From: Azolla caroliniana
Taxonomy: Eukaryota; Plantae; Polypodiophyta
Assembly: GCA_043228905.1 (NCBI GenBank)
Contig: JBHGNT010000011.1
Span: 18,724,001 to 18,788,000, forward strand
Length of the DNA stretch: 64,000 bases
Reading direction: 5' to 3'
The notes beneath the pieces are model-generated. The model was not told the DNA's origin and did not search any database. It saw only the letters and a program-made list of their open reading frames with translations. Position numbers and translations under genes: made by a program. Shown here piece after piece: positions 1-11,830 of the stretch. How positions within the stretch are numbered: position 1 is the stretch's first letter; each line of letters starts with the position of its first letter.

Positions 1-3000
1 GCTGCAGCTGCAAAGTCCGACCCAATTTAGTGGTGTAATCAAAGAAGTGGTGGAGTCTATCGTCATGTTTCCATCTGAAATCCCCGGGGTCCCAATCCAG
101 ATCGACAAGGGGGCGACAACCGTATACCCTTAACCTCCAATGGGGTTCCACCTTAGCAACATCCGGGTCTGTCTTCCAGATGTTATCAATCTGTGCCACC
201 ACTCGGATTGGGTGCCAAGAGCCGCTACTCTGGCTGTCCCCAAAAACTGTATCACTCCCCGATCCGCTCATGCCCTTTAGCGACTTGACCATTCCAGCCT
301 CGTCAAAGAGACCGAACCATGCATGTTCTCTCGCCTCCCCCATCGGAACCCTGTCAACTGCCTCGGCTATCAGTCTCCGCATTTTCGTAGCTCCCTTGAG
401 GGGAGGGAAAAGGTCCTCTTGGGCTCTTCCTGAATCAGCCATGCGTCTCCAATCGTCTATAGATAGGAGGTCTGTTTGTGCCAACTTTCCCCATGCTAGG
501 CCCTTAAGTTGCCCTAGCATCGCGTTGTCATTCGTTCGCACATGAGGATTCCAGAATAGTGGCTGTCTAGTCCATTCGGTCAATGTCTTTGGGGTGTGCT
601 TGACCAAATGTTGTCGTATATGGCACCATGCCCGCAAGATGGAGTTTGTGACCCTATCCTCCGGATGGCAAGCCAGCCTGGGTTGGACTCCGCTCGTGCA
701 GCACCAATTCAAGGAGTCGGGCCAAGGCCTACCATACTTGGGAGTCCCTACTTGTAGCCTGTTGCGAAGAAGTACCTTCCAACACCCCTTACCTGGTAGG
801 AGGCAGCGAACCACCATTTTAGCCAGCAATGCACGATTCTGCATTAAGGGGTCTATGAGGCCAAGCCCCCCTTTGGCCCGCGGTTGCGTTAACCAACACC
901 ATGAGACTCTGGCGGCAGCCCTTGGGTTGTCCTTACCTGACCATATAAACCCCCTAATGGCAGCCTTAATCGCGTGCAAACCTGCAGGGTCCATAATCCA
1001 GCATGAGACTGAGTGTCACATGGTAGCGAGCAGCACTTGGTTCGCCACAAGGACCCTACCAGCGAAGGACAATTTAGATCTACTCCACTGGTTCAGCTTC
1101 TTACTTATTTTGGCTTGTACGTGGGCCAATTGCGCTCCCTTGGGGATTGACCTCCCCATCGTAAATCCAAGGTACTTGAAAGTCGTCCCACTAGGGACCC
1201 ACGTAAAATCGGCATGGGGTTGCTATCTTGGTGTCTCCTGTTCGCTGAACCATAGACCTTGGGTTTTATTCCAATTGATCTTGGCACCAGCCGCCTGACA
1301 AAAGTCCTCGACAAGATGTTCAGCCCGCTGTAAATTCTCCTCATCACCTTGCAAGAAAAGAACCGTATCGTCGGCATATTCAGATAACAACAAATCTTCA
1401 GTCGCATTGGGGATGGGCAATCCCCGCAACCCGCTAGTTGGTGCTTGTAAGTAGGCAGAGGAAGCCTCGGTTATAAAGAGATAGAGATATGGGGCTAGGG
1501 GACAGCCTTGCCTCACTGAGCGTTGTAGTTGGAAGGCGGGTCCCCTAGATCCAGCCATCAGCACGCTACTCGTAGCTGTCCGATAGAGTGCAGAAGTGCA
1601 ATTCCTCCATTTTTGAGGTAGGCCCAAAGCTCTCATCACATTTTCCAAAAAGGGCCATAACACCCTATCGTAGGCCTTCTCGAAGTCTAGCATCAGAATA
1701 GCCGAGCTCGATACGGAGCGACCGACCAATGCCATAGCTTCCCAAAGAAGCAACACATTATCAAAGATACACCTGTTCTTGACAAACCCAGTTTGATTGT
1801 CGTGTATGATGTCCGGTAAGAAGCTTGCTAATCGCTGAGCTAGGACTTTAGCGAGTATCTTGTATGCCGTGTTAAGGATCGTGATTGGACGCCATTGGCG
1901 CAACTCTAGGCTTCGCTCTTGGGATTTGGGGATGAGATATATCATCCCCTCAGCCAGACCAATCGACATCTTTCCTGAGGACCAAATCTCTTGGAACCCG
2001 GCTTCCAAGGACGGGATAACACATTCCCAATGAATCTCGAAGAAATCTCGTGAGAGACCATCGGGACCGGGGCATGCACCCCTTCGCAATCCCCTAAGTG
2101 CCTCCGAGAGCTCTAAACGAGAGATGGGACTATCGAGCACAACTTCCATCTCTTGGGTTACCTTGGGGTGAATGCAAGACATCACTCGATCATCCAGCTC
2201 CGAGTTTTGCCGCACATGCATAGGTGCGAGGAGGTCACGATAGTATTGTGTTGCCATTTCCAGAACCTCAGTCTTGTCCTCCGTTATTGAGCCGTCTGGT
2301 TTTCGCAGCCCGTGTATACGTCCACCACCACCCTTGGGTGCCTTGTAGTGAAAGAAATGTCGGTTGACCTTGTCGTCTTTTCTAGCCCACCATGCTGCGT
2401 TTCTTCGAAACAACATTCGGTTCTTCTCCAAAGTCCTTTCCTGTACCTTCATCTTTGCTTCCTCCAGTTTAGCTCTAGACCATATGCAACCAGGGTCTAC
2501 CTGTAACAGCCGTTGCGCTGCCGCAAAGGCCTTCCTTAATTTTGTTTCAATAGCTCTAACCTGTTGGAGGGCGCGCTTGGTCTCTTGTTGTAAAAAGGAG
2601 GAGGAGAGGGCCAATTTTTTTTGCAGATCTTCGCTGGCTGATTCACTGCCCATGGTGTCCTACCATATACTCTGTAAACCGGCCTTCACCTCTTCACTCT
2701 TCATGATCTTTATGGGGATCTTTACATTGAGACTGCCCTTGCTATCGTTGGGTGGGTTAAGGTCTAGTCTCACCGGCTGATGATCTGAAAAGGTAAGGCC
2801 TGCCAAGATAGCAAAGGAGCCCCCGAGCTCTTCGAGGGATGAGCTGATGTATATGCGGTCTAGCCGTGCAAGACTACCGCCCCTAGCATTCCCAGCGGCT
2901 CTAGAAAAGTGCAGCGAATGTGAGCTTCGCCTAAGGGAAGAGCCCCATGTATCCTTCACCCCGATTTTGCCAATTAGGAAAGCCCATGAATCCAGCTCCG

Positions 3001-3511
3001 CACCATAAATAGGCCTCTGGGTCCCTCCTTTCCTATCTCCCATGTGTTCAGTCATGTTGAAATCACCTGCCATTACCCAAGCCTCGACATTAGGTAATGT
3101 TGTCGCTAACATCCTCCAAAAGATTGCTCTCTCGGGGGCTGAGTTAGGGGCATAAATGTTTAGCACCCCAATCTGTAGGCGATTCCATTTCAGAAGCACG
3201 TATAAGGCCCGACCCTCCACCAACGTGCCAGATGATGTTACTTCGTATCGGGCCTTATCGCTGATCGAGATGCAGACCCCTCCTCTTCGGTGGAGGTCAC
3301 CCTGCGCAGCCGACCACCATGTGGTCCACCCACCCGACAAGGGGTTTACTAAGCTCTGAGTTCGCTCTTGCGAGAGGTGGTGTTCCTGCAAAAGCAATAT
3401 GTCAATATGGCCCCCTATATTAAGGGGATTCAACTCCTCCTGAAGTCTTCTACACTCTTGGTGTTGTCGGCCTCCACCAAGGCCCTGTACATTCCACGTT
3501 AGGATCCTCAT
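1..3511 (-). pseudogene. LINE ORF2 (endonuclease-reverse transcriptase) with three in-frame stops
   Basis: EN motifs MRILTWNVQGL, LQEHH, NIYAPN, GDFN, RLDRIY, SDHQP. RT motifs PGPDG, WRPITILN, LDFEKAYD, RQGCPLAP, YADD, KYLG, then PRAKGGLG. One reading frame throughout, interrupted by TAG 2660-2662, TAG 1223-1225 and TGA 1016-1018. Confidence 0.9.
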
Positions 3512-4977
3512 CTGAAAACGGTGACGTTGGCGCCCATGTTCGGGCCGATCCCCATGTCACGGGGCAAACTAACACCTGTTTCGGGGGGTATGGTCTCCAT
3601 TGCAGGCTGCAAATCCCCTACAAGATTCTCAGCCGGTCGTTCCCGACCCGCTTCAAATAGCTCCCGCGATACATTTGTGCTCCGAAGCGGTGGCACAACT
3701 TGCATCCCTCTATCTAACAAAGTCGTCGCCAAACCAGGTGTTGGTCTTCCTATCTTACCCTTTTCTTTGTCCTTGAGCTTGCCCGTCCGGATCCACGATT
3801 TCACTAATCTGAGGCCACTACCACATTCACGTTCCAACGGGAGGGGGGGTTGTGCCAACTTCTCTTCCGGGGTGGACGGTACAAGTTGGGGTTGCATCTC
3901 CATTGGGGTGGAGAACACGAGTTCGGGCTCCCGCGGGGGAAGGCGTGAGGAGTCGCACGGGGACAACATTGCTGCCAACGCTGCTGGGTCGCCATCCCCT
4001 AACCCTTGAAGAAGTGTAAATCTGTTGGTAGCTCTCACCTGTAGGTCGGGTGCCTTGGCACTCCCGGAGAGGATCTTTACTCGTTTCAAGGGTTGCTCGT
4101 CCACGCTTGTTGGTGACAAGGTGGCAGGACTTCTTTCAAAGGGGTGGTCATGAAAAAGGGCGGGAGAGGAGGCACCTAGGCCTCCAAGTTTCCCCTTCTT
4201 CTTAACGGGTAGCCAAGGAGCTTCTTCACCCTTGGTTGTCCCGACTTTGCCCGAGGGTCGTGGTCCCGAGCTTCCCTTTCCAATCTTACGAGGACACTCC
4301 TTAGCTAGGTGTCCTGTCTGTTTGCAAATGAAACACTGCCCCGGGATTCCCTCATAAACCACTTTTACCACTGTGAGGCCTAACTCCTCAGAGTAGAGTC
4401 TAATCCTTGATGGAAGTCCATGGAGGGAAGGCACCAAGATACGCAACTTGGGCACCTCCGCGACTGTGTCTGCCATTGACGCTTTTTGAGGGCATATCAT
4501 CCCTACTTGTTCGCCAAAAAGAGGGAGCAGATGGTACAAATGTGGAGGGAGGCCAGGAAATGTTGCGGTGATCACCCTAGGGTTGTTGAGTTTCCGTAAC
4601 TCTTCGATCGGATTGAACCCTGGTGACCATGGTTGGAGCAACACCTTGTCGTACTTCAGTTCGAGTACCTTGAGCTCGACCAATGGTTGCGCCAGCGAGT
4701 CATTACCTAATTCAATGTGGAAGAAGTTTTTCCCTAAACCCCTGACACTCTTGATTACCGGCATGTTCTCCAACACAACCACCTGAAACATGTCCCGAAC
4801 CATGCCCCGACTTGGTCTACCTGCCAGAAACCTACATACGAAGGAGGTACGCTGTAGGCGTTCGATTTCTTCCACTAAGACACGGTTAGCCTCGGGGGAC
4901 AGGGTAATGGCGAGATCTGATCCACCTTCTTCATCAAGCAAACTGGGCGCTGGTGGAAGCTCGATTCCTCCCATCAT
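3508..4977 (-). CDS. LINE ORF1 (gag-like nucleic-acid-binding protein), 489 aa, open
   Basis: Contains the CX2CX4HX4C knuckle CFICKQTGHLAKEC after a plant L1 ORF1-like N-terminal region. Its stop overlaps the ORF2 ATG (ATGA at 3511-3508). Confidence 0.88.
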   Translation of the reverse strand: MMGGIELPPAPSLLDEEGGSDLAITLSPEANRVLVEEIERLQRTSFVCRFLAGRPSRGMVRDMFQVVVLENMPVIKSVRGLGKNFFHIELGNDSLAQPLVELKVLELKYDKVLLQPWSPGFNPIEELRKLNNPRVITATFPGLPPHLYHLLPLFGEQVGMICPQKASMADTVAEVPKLRILVPSLHGLPSRIRLYSEELGLTVVKVVYEGIPGQCFICKQTGHLAKECPRKIGKGSSGPRPSGKVGTTKGEEAPWLPVKKKGKLGGLGASSPALFHDHPFERSPATLSPTSVDEQPLKRVKILSGSAKAPDLQVRATNRFTLLQGLGDGDPAALAAMLSPCDSSRLPPREPELVFSTPMEMQPQLVPSTPEEKLAQPPLPLERECGSGLRLVKSWIRTGKLKDKEKGKIGRPTPGLATTLLDRGMQVVPPLRSTNVSRELFEAGRERPAENLVGDLQPAMETIPPETGVSLPRDMGIGPNMGANVTVFR

Positions 4978-5109
4978 AGCGAGTTATGTGTCTTGCGAGC
5001 CTAGGTTGTATGTGTTGTTCTTCCCTTCTCCCTTTGTTTTGTGTTTTTTTTAATGTGTTACTTTGCGTTTTCTGGTTGGGGGAGGGAGGGAGGATTGTGT
5101 GTGAGAGTA

Positions 5110-5420
5110 CCTGGACAGCAATTGGCGTTGTGCTCCTCCTCTTGCTCTGTTGGACAGCGCGCGTGTTCCTCAGCGTGCACCTACTCCTGCTCCTGCTCGC
5201 CTTTTTCTACTGCTCCCACTCCGCGCTCTGCTGCGTTTGCTCCCGCCAACGCTCTGCTGCTTATTACCTGCAGTTCTCCAATGTGACGGCCTGGACAGCA
5301 GTTGGCGCCTCTTGCTCTGTTGGGCAGCGCGCGCGTTCCTCAGCGTGCACCTGCTCCTGCTCCTGCACACCATGTCTGCGCGCCCTGTTCCGCTGCGTTT
5401 GCTCCCGCCATCGCTGCTGT
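5110..5420. repeat. Two ~180-bp tandem monomers in the LINE 5' region
   Basis: cctggacagca...ctcttgctctgttgg..cagcgcgcg..ttcctcagcgtgcacct..ctcctgctcctgc...gctgcgtttgctcccgcca starts at both 5110 and 5290. Confidence 0.85.
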
Positions 5421-6908
5421 CTTGAGATTTATCTATCTACAGTCAATGGTTTTGTTCGATGTTTGTTATGTTTTAAACATGGGAGGAAATGGTATGTTGT
5501 GTGCATACAATGGGGAAATAAAAAATTTGGATTCTCAAGAAATACCTCTTTGATACTTTGGTGACATCATTGTGTTTTTTTATGGGGATGATACATCCCT
5601 AAGTCCACTTGGAAAGCATTTTGAAAATGTCCATAATGGCTTTCTACTGTTAAGTTTCTTATAGTCAACATACAATCGCTACATGTGCTCCTCATTCTTG
5701 AGACTTTATCACTCTTCAATGGAGACCATGAGCACGAGAAGAGTTCCAGAGTACATGTGTAAGGACGTTGAAAAATATTTCATGCCAAAGAGTGAATTTT
5801 GTTTTCAAAAGACAAGACACTCAATAGAAAATTTTTGATTTTTGATGGACACAATATAAGAAGAACTAGTTCGAAAGTTGGGAATCGGGATGCATTGGAC
5901 TTGCAACTCCGATGTATCAAGGCTCATAAGAGATGTGGAGGCTCACATTTCACACATTGCGAGTAGATTGAGCTCCTTTAGGGGTGAGAAATCCCAAGCC
6001 GAGTCTACATACATTTTGCAATCCTTAGGCTAGAGCCTAGCACAGATGTTTTCACATGTTGATGCTATGATTACTGACTCAAGTTTATGTGGGTTACAAG
6101 AAAGCACATTAATTGTTTTATACAAGGGATACCTTATATTTTCTTCCTCTACCATCGCACTGAAGCTATCAATGTGATGGAAAACCTTAATCAACGTATT
6201 TTTGAATGAACACATTCCCATTCACAATGGTAGTTGGACGAGATCATAAAAAACTTATTTCAAAAATTGGTAGATCGACAATATAATTTTGATGCACATT
6301 CTTGTTGGAGCTAGTCACTTTTCTTAGATCTAGATCTAGATCTAATGATATGGCGACATTACAGAATACGTGGATATGCATTACACCTTTCCAATGGTCT
6401 CTTCACTAAGAAAAGCAACATGTGACACCTCATATGAGCACATAATGAGACATATGGTTGTAAACGTACTTGACCCGGTTTTTTATTCATACAATTCTAA
6501 GGCAAATCTGGATCTAAAAGCAAGGATCTCTTTCATTCTCTATCTAAAAGATATTCTCTAAGCCACTCAAAAGCTCGATGCATTTCTTTATTCAAATCCC
6601 AAATTTGCCAAATAAGATTGTCATTTTGTCGTTTATTATTCACCGACAGATAACCTGAAGCCAACTTTCATGTCCGTCAAAGGAGAAACAATGCAACTCG
6701 TTTTAACTTTCAAAGCTCTCGTTGCTTCGAACATCCTACGGTTCCCAATTGGGATGTTTTACCTCCACAAAGTACCTCCTCCTCATAGATAACCGATCAG
6801 GTTAGGCATTTGCAATGCCGGACTTGCCCACGATAGTTTGAGAGCGATAACTCATGGGATGCTAATATCATAGAGGGATACACCACATGGTTTGATTGTG
6901 TTATATGG

Positions 6909-6910
<2 letters not shown>

Positions 6911-6955
<45 letters not shown>

Positions 6956-7392
6956 CATACATACACTAACAACAAAGACACATGCATTTGGACAAAAGGC
7001 CACACAATCCATCAGACATGGGCTTGCATTGAGGTACGGAGTGTGCGGGTTTGGACTTCTCTCACCGACACAAGAGAGATTGCGATACGATAATTGACAC
7101 TTTTCTTGCTTGCGAGGGGTTAGCAGACCACGATCCGAGCACCACATAAAGAAAGAGTGGCGGTGCCCCCCCCCCCCCCCCCCCCCCATGGATGTGGACC
7201 ATCTCTCTCTCTCTCTCTAGAAGAACAAAGCACACACACACACACACACTCTCTCTCTCTCTCTAGAAGAACAGAGCACACACACACACACACACACACA
7301 CACTCCCTCTCTCTCTCTAGAAGAACAGAGCACTCTCTCTCTCTCTCTCTGTTTATAGAAGAACAGAGCACACGCATTTTGGGCACCCCTCC

Positions 7393-7425
<33 letters not shown>
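6911..7425. repeat. Compound microsatellite block upstream of SHMT ((CT)n, poly-C, (CA)n, (GA)n) with a 4x repeated 16-nt unit
   Basis: Direct reading; the unit TAGAAGAACA(A/G)AGCAC recurs four times between ~7218 and ~7370. Confidence 0.9.
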
Positions 7426-7427
<2 letters not shown>

Positions 7428-7548
7428 TGGCAGCTGTAGTGTGAAGCCACCTGCCATTTCTCTGCTCCCCTGCGGATAGATAGATAGATAGATACATAGC
7501 CCACCTCCGCAATTCCTCACTCTCCTCCGTCAATACCTCTGCGCCACC

Positions 7549-7557
7549 AAACCCTAA
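7549..7557 (+). promoter_or_regulatory. telo-box (AAACCCTAA) in the SHMT 5' leader
   Basis: Exact motif ending 23 nt upstream of the ATG. It is a known plant promoter/5'UTR element; function here is untested. Confidence 0.4.
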
Positions 7558-7580
7558 AATCCGAGCAGACGCAGGGAAGC

Positions 7581-10500
7581 ATGGCCTCCGAGGTCGCAGC
7601 TTGGGGCAACACCTCCCTCCTCGACACCGACGAAGAGATCTTTAACCTCATCGAGAAGGAGAAGGAGCGGCAATGGAAAGGGATCGAACTCATAGCCTCC
7701 GAGAACTTCACATCCCAAGCCGTCATCGAAGCTCTCGGATCTGCCCTCACGAATAAGTACTCTGAAGGGCTTCCGGGGAATCGATACTATGGTGGCAATG
7801 AATTCATAGACCAAATAGAGAATTTGTGTAGAGCCAGAGCTCTCCAAGCATACAGGCTGGACCCAGAAAGTTGGGGGGTGAATGTACAACCTTATTCGGG
7901 AAGCCCGGCCAATTTTGCGGCATATACTGCACTTCTGCAGCCGCATGATCGCATTATGGGTCTCGATTTGCCCTCAGGTGGACATCTCACACATGGGTAT
8001 TATACATCGGGTGGAAAGAAGATCTCTGCCACTTCTATCTACTTTGAGAGTTTACCTTATAAGGTGGACCCAAAGACAGGTTACATCGATTACGACCGGC
8101 TTGAAGAGAAAGCACTTGATTTTCGTCCCCGGTTGATAATATGTGGTGGTAGTGCTTATCCTCGTGATTGGGATTATGGCCGCCTCCGCGACGTGGCAGA
8201 CAAGTGTGGAGCTTACCTTCTATGTGACATGGCTCATATCAGTGGCCTTGTTGCTGCTGAGGTGTGTCTCTTTCTTATATACTTTTTGTTATGATTTTAA
8301 TGCTGAAGTAGAGCCTGAGCAGATCTGTGCTTGCAAACAATTAGATCTTAAGCTCCCATGGTGAATTCTCTTTCTTTATCATTTTCCTATAATTTGCACT
8401 GTTGCTCCCTAATGATTTCATGTGCATATGCTAATGTATGTATCTAAAACAAGCAAACCTGTTCAGATCTGGCTAATAATCAATCAGATCTCACACAATG
8501 TCTCAGCATATATAGAGTTGCATGAATTCCCTAACTTAGCACGCTTCCTTTTTTACATTGAGATTCTTCATGGTTTGTGTACATCCAATGAAAGAGACCT
8601 CTTCTCAAAGTCTCAATAGATGCTTTTCTAGTTCTACGCTTGCAAACAATCAGAACTTGAGACTTGCATGCTGTTTGGGCACATAGGCTCAAATTCCCAC
8701 ATTGTCATGGCATACCAATAAACTTTTATTGCCTTTTCCTGGTCACTTTGTACACTCTTTTGGGTTTGATTTTCTCTACTTAATCAATCCAACTTAGTAT
8801 ATCATGCAATGTATATGCAATTATCTCACTGCTAAGATGCCCTTCTGTGTATTTAGAGTACTCTCATTTAATATACTTTGCATGTAGGCTTTTGCGTTAG
8901 ATGTTTTTGCTGACACCTTGATATCATTTGAAAGATTAACCCATTGATACAACACTCATGCATATAGTTTTTAAGGGCTCGTGTAATATACCATGTACAC
9001 AATTTCTTGTATTCAAGGTTTCTTTACTTGTTCAATTTACTATAGTCTATCACTAAATGAATGTGCAACTAGGCCATTACTTGGATACCATCACATGGAG
9101 GTCTCGGCAATCAATGTTTCCTAGATCTGAACTGTAATGATGCCTTGTGATTGCACTGATACATAATCTGAATCACACTATACTGAACCATCCACAAACC
9201 TTGCATTTAGTTTACTGTTTTTTCATTTTATTATATGAATTTAGTTATCTGGAGTTATCTGAATTTTGTATCAGACCAGACTGAACCATCCATGAATATT
9301 ACATTTAGTTTGCTGCCTTTTCATTCTATATCTAGATTTCTATTTTCTCAATGTGACCTCCATTTACTATTGATTGACTATAATGTATTGTATTCTTTTG
9401 TATGTTTCAGGAGGCCAACAACCCTTTTGAGTATTGTGATGTGGTGACCACCACCACTCACAAAAGTCTTAGAGGGCCAAGGGCTGGCATGATCTTTTAC
9501 AGGAAGGGTCCCAAGCCTGCCAAGAAAGGTCAACAACCAGGAGTGTATGATTATGAAGATAAGATCAACTTTGCTGTTTTCCCATCCCTACAGGGAGGTC
9601 CACATAATCATCAGATCGCTGCATTAGCTGTCGCTTTGAAGCAGGTCTTACACCCAAGCTTTAAGGTGTATGCCAAACAAGTTAAAGCTAATGCGGTTGC
9701 GCTTGGAAATGCACTGATTAAGAAAGGATACAAGATTGTCACCGATGGCACTGAAAATCATTTGGTTCTATGGGATGTTCGTCCTCTTGCCCTCACTGGT
9801 AAGAATTTAACTTTCCATTCACCCCATTGTAATCATGGACAAAATCATTCGCATGCAAATGGGCCTATCTTGAGCCATAACTATAAACTCCAAACCAAGA
9901 CAATATGTGTGTACATAACTATTTCATAATGGAAAGGGAGTAAACTGAGTATAAGGAACAATGGAAGGTGCACAATAGGGTTGCTAGCCCCTTTTAATAT
10001 CCAAACCATAGGTTCAGTTTCTAAATCGCATCTATCTAGAGTGTGCATGGAGAAAGCCATCCACGCGCAAATGGGCTTATCTCTAGTCATAATATTCGCA
10101 TGCAAATGTATATCTGTCCTTTAACATAAATTTGATCCCTAATCGAAGTGATGGTTGCTCACATAATGATCACATAAGTAAGGGTGACTTATACCCTTTT
10201 AATTGTGGCGATTAAAATACTCATCTCATTTTTGTCATATAATTGATGTAGGCAACAAGATTGAGAAGGTTTGTGATCTGTGCCACATAACTCTGAACAA
10301 GAACGCTGTTTATGGAGATAGCAGTGCCCTCGCACCTGGAGGAGTGCGTATCGGTAAGCAATCAATCTCTTTGTCTTTGATCTTGACAAACTCTAGGTTC
10401 CACATGAAGACGCTTTTTCAAACTTTCTTATTGTGCTATATATCTTCTAGGAACTCCGGCCATGACATCAAGAGGCTTGAAGGAGACAGATTTCGAGCAG

Positions 10501-10695
10501 ATTGCTGAGTTTCTCTTCCGAGCTGTCAACATCACCTTGGCTATTCAGACCCAATATGGGAAATTGCTCAAGGACTTCCAGAAAGGCCTTGACAACAACA
10601 AGGATATCGATGATCTAAAGGCTGATGTGGAGAAGTTTGCCGCTTCTTTCAACATGCCTGGTTTTGATACCAATGCCTTGTCTATTAAGAATTAG
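7581..10695 (+). CDS. SHMT: Serine hydroxymethyltransferase, cytosolic SHM4-type, ~471 aa; exons 7581-8261, 9411-9798, 10252-10353, 10451-10695
   Basis: Motifs [60 protein letters not shown] (PLP lysine), [27 protein letters not shown] introns with matching phases sum to 1416 nt. No transit peptide. Confidence 0.97.
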
Positions 10696-11401
10696 AATCG
10701 CGCCTGATTTATTATTTTCTTGTGTGGTTTTTAGTTATGTGATCCTAAATGGAGGATGCAAGACTCTCTTGAGTGGCCCGATTTCATAGGGATACAATGT
10801 TGTCACTTTCTTAAAAACAATTTTTTTTGCATTAATGCATATTCTTCTTAGCCCTTACTCTATGGAAGTCATTCAAATGTTTTTTGTCAATGTGGGAGAC
10901 ACATCCTAGGTGGTTCAATTCACAAAGTTGACAGTTACAAGAGTTGCTCTTAAAGCATTTGGAAAGGTGTGGTATTACTCTTACATTGTGATCCTTTCCG
11001 TCTTCAAACTGCAATGTGAAATCAAGCATCGTGGTTATCATTTAGAAAATGCGAGGCTATTATATGGGATGCTTCACCTGTGGTACATCAGCTGCTAGTT
11101 TAGGTCATCTGGTAAAAGCGGACAACATATGATTGGAGGTAACAACGCAATATGCTGGTTAGTTGGCTAGAGATGCTTATTGTAAGTTTTACTTAACATT
11201 GGTAAGTGTGATAATGAATAGTGCAACATTTATTACTATTTTAAAAACAAGTCTAATTTAACATTGGTAATATTGTGATTGTACTGATCCAAATATCATT
11301 CCTTTCTTGGCCATATAGATCTGTTCTATGTAGGAAGTGTTCTTTGGGCATTGTATTCTGTCATTAGGAAGCAAATTTCCACCTTTAATCTCAAATATAA
11401 G

Positions 11402-11830
11402 ATATGTATATGAACCTTAGATAAATAGAAGCAATTTAACATTGAGATAGTAAGGAATTCCTTGGAAATTTTAGGTGAGAGGGATATTGCCTTGTGTTAT
11501 CTTTTATTTTTTGAAAATTGCTACTATTGAGAGCTTATGATATGTAGGTACAAGCCTATTTCTTGGAATAATTTAAACTTTCTTATGGTTCAAGCACATA
11601 ACTAGCAATCCCAAAATATGTATATGAACCTTAAATAACTGGAAGCAATTTAACATTGAGATGGTAAGGAATTCCTTAGAAATTTAGATAAGAGGGATAT
11701 TGCATTGTGTTATCTTTTAGTTTTTGAAAATTGCTACTATTGAGAGCTTATGATATGTAGGTACAAGCCCATTTCATGGAATAATTTAAACTTTCTTATG
11801 GTTCAAGCACATAACTAGCAATCCCAAAAT
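11402..11830. repeat. Tandem duplication, 2 x ~214 bp
   Basis: atatgtatatgaacctta...gcacataactagcaatcccaaaat starts at 11402 and 11616 with few substitutions. Confidence 0.9.

Larger units (their letters stand above)
1..5420 (-). mobile_element. L1-clade LINE retrotransposon, near full length; 3' end runs off the window
   Basis: Order on the minus strand: GC-rich repeated 5' region, ORF1 with zinc knuckle, then ORF2 with APE endonuclease followed by RT. No LTRs seen. The 5' boundary is approximate. Confidence 0.92.

Noticed and set aside
2651-2662. Programmed read-through or a separate RT ORF starting at 2653
   Set aside because: Two further in-frame stops downstream make mutational decay the simpler explanation.
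180-5053. Plus-strand ORFs of 60-234 aa over the LINE
   Set aside because: Antisense shadows of the GC-rich LINE ORFs, with no recognisable motifs.
5480-6800. Possible DDE transposase remnant (FLIFDGH-like at ~5830-5850)
   Set aside because: A single short motif with no further alignable frame or termini.
7200-7380. Repeat-spacer pattern resembling a CRISPR array
   Set aside because: The spacers are simple CT/CA tracts, the context is eukaryotic and there are no cas genes.
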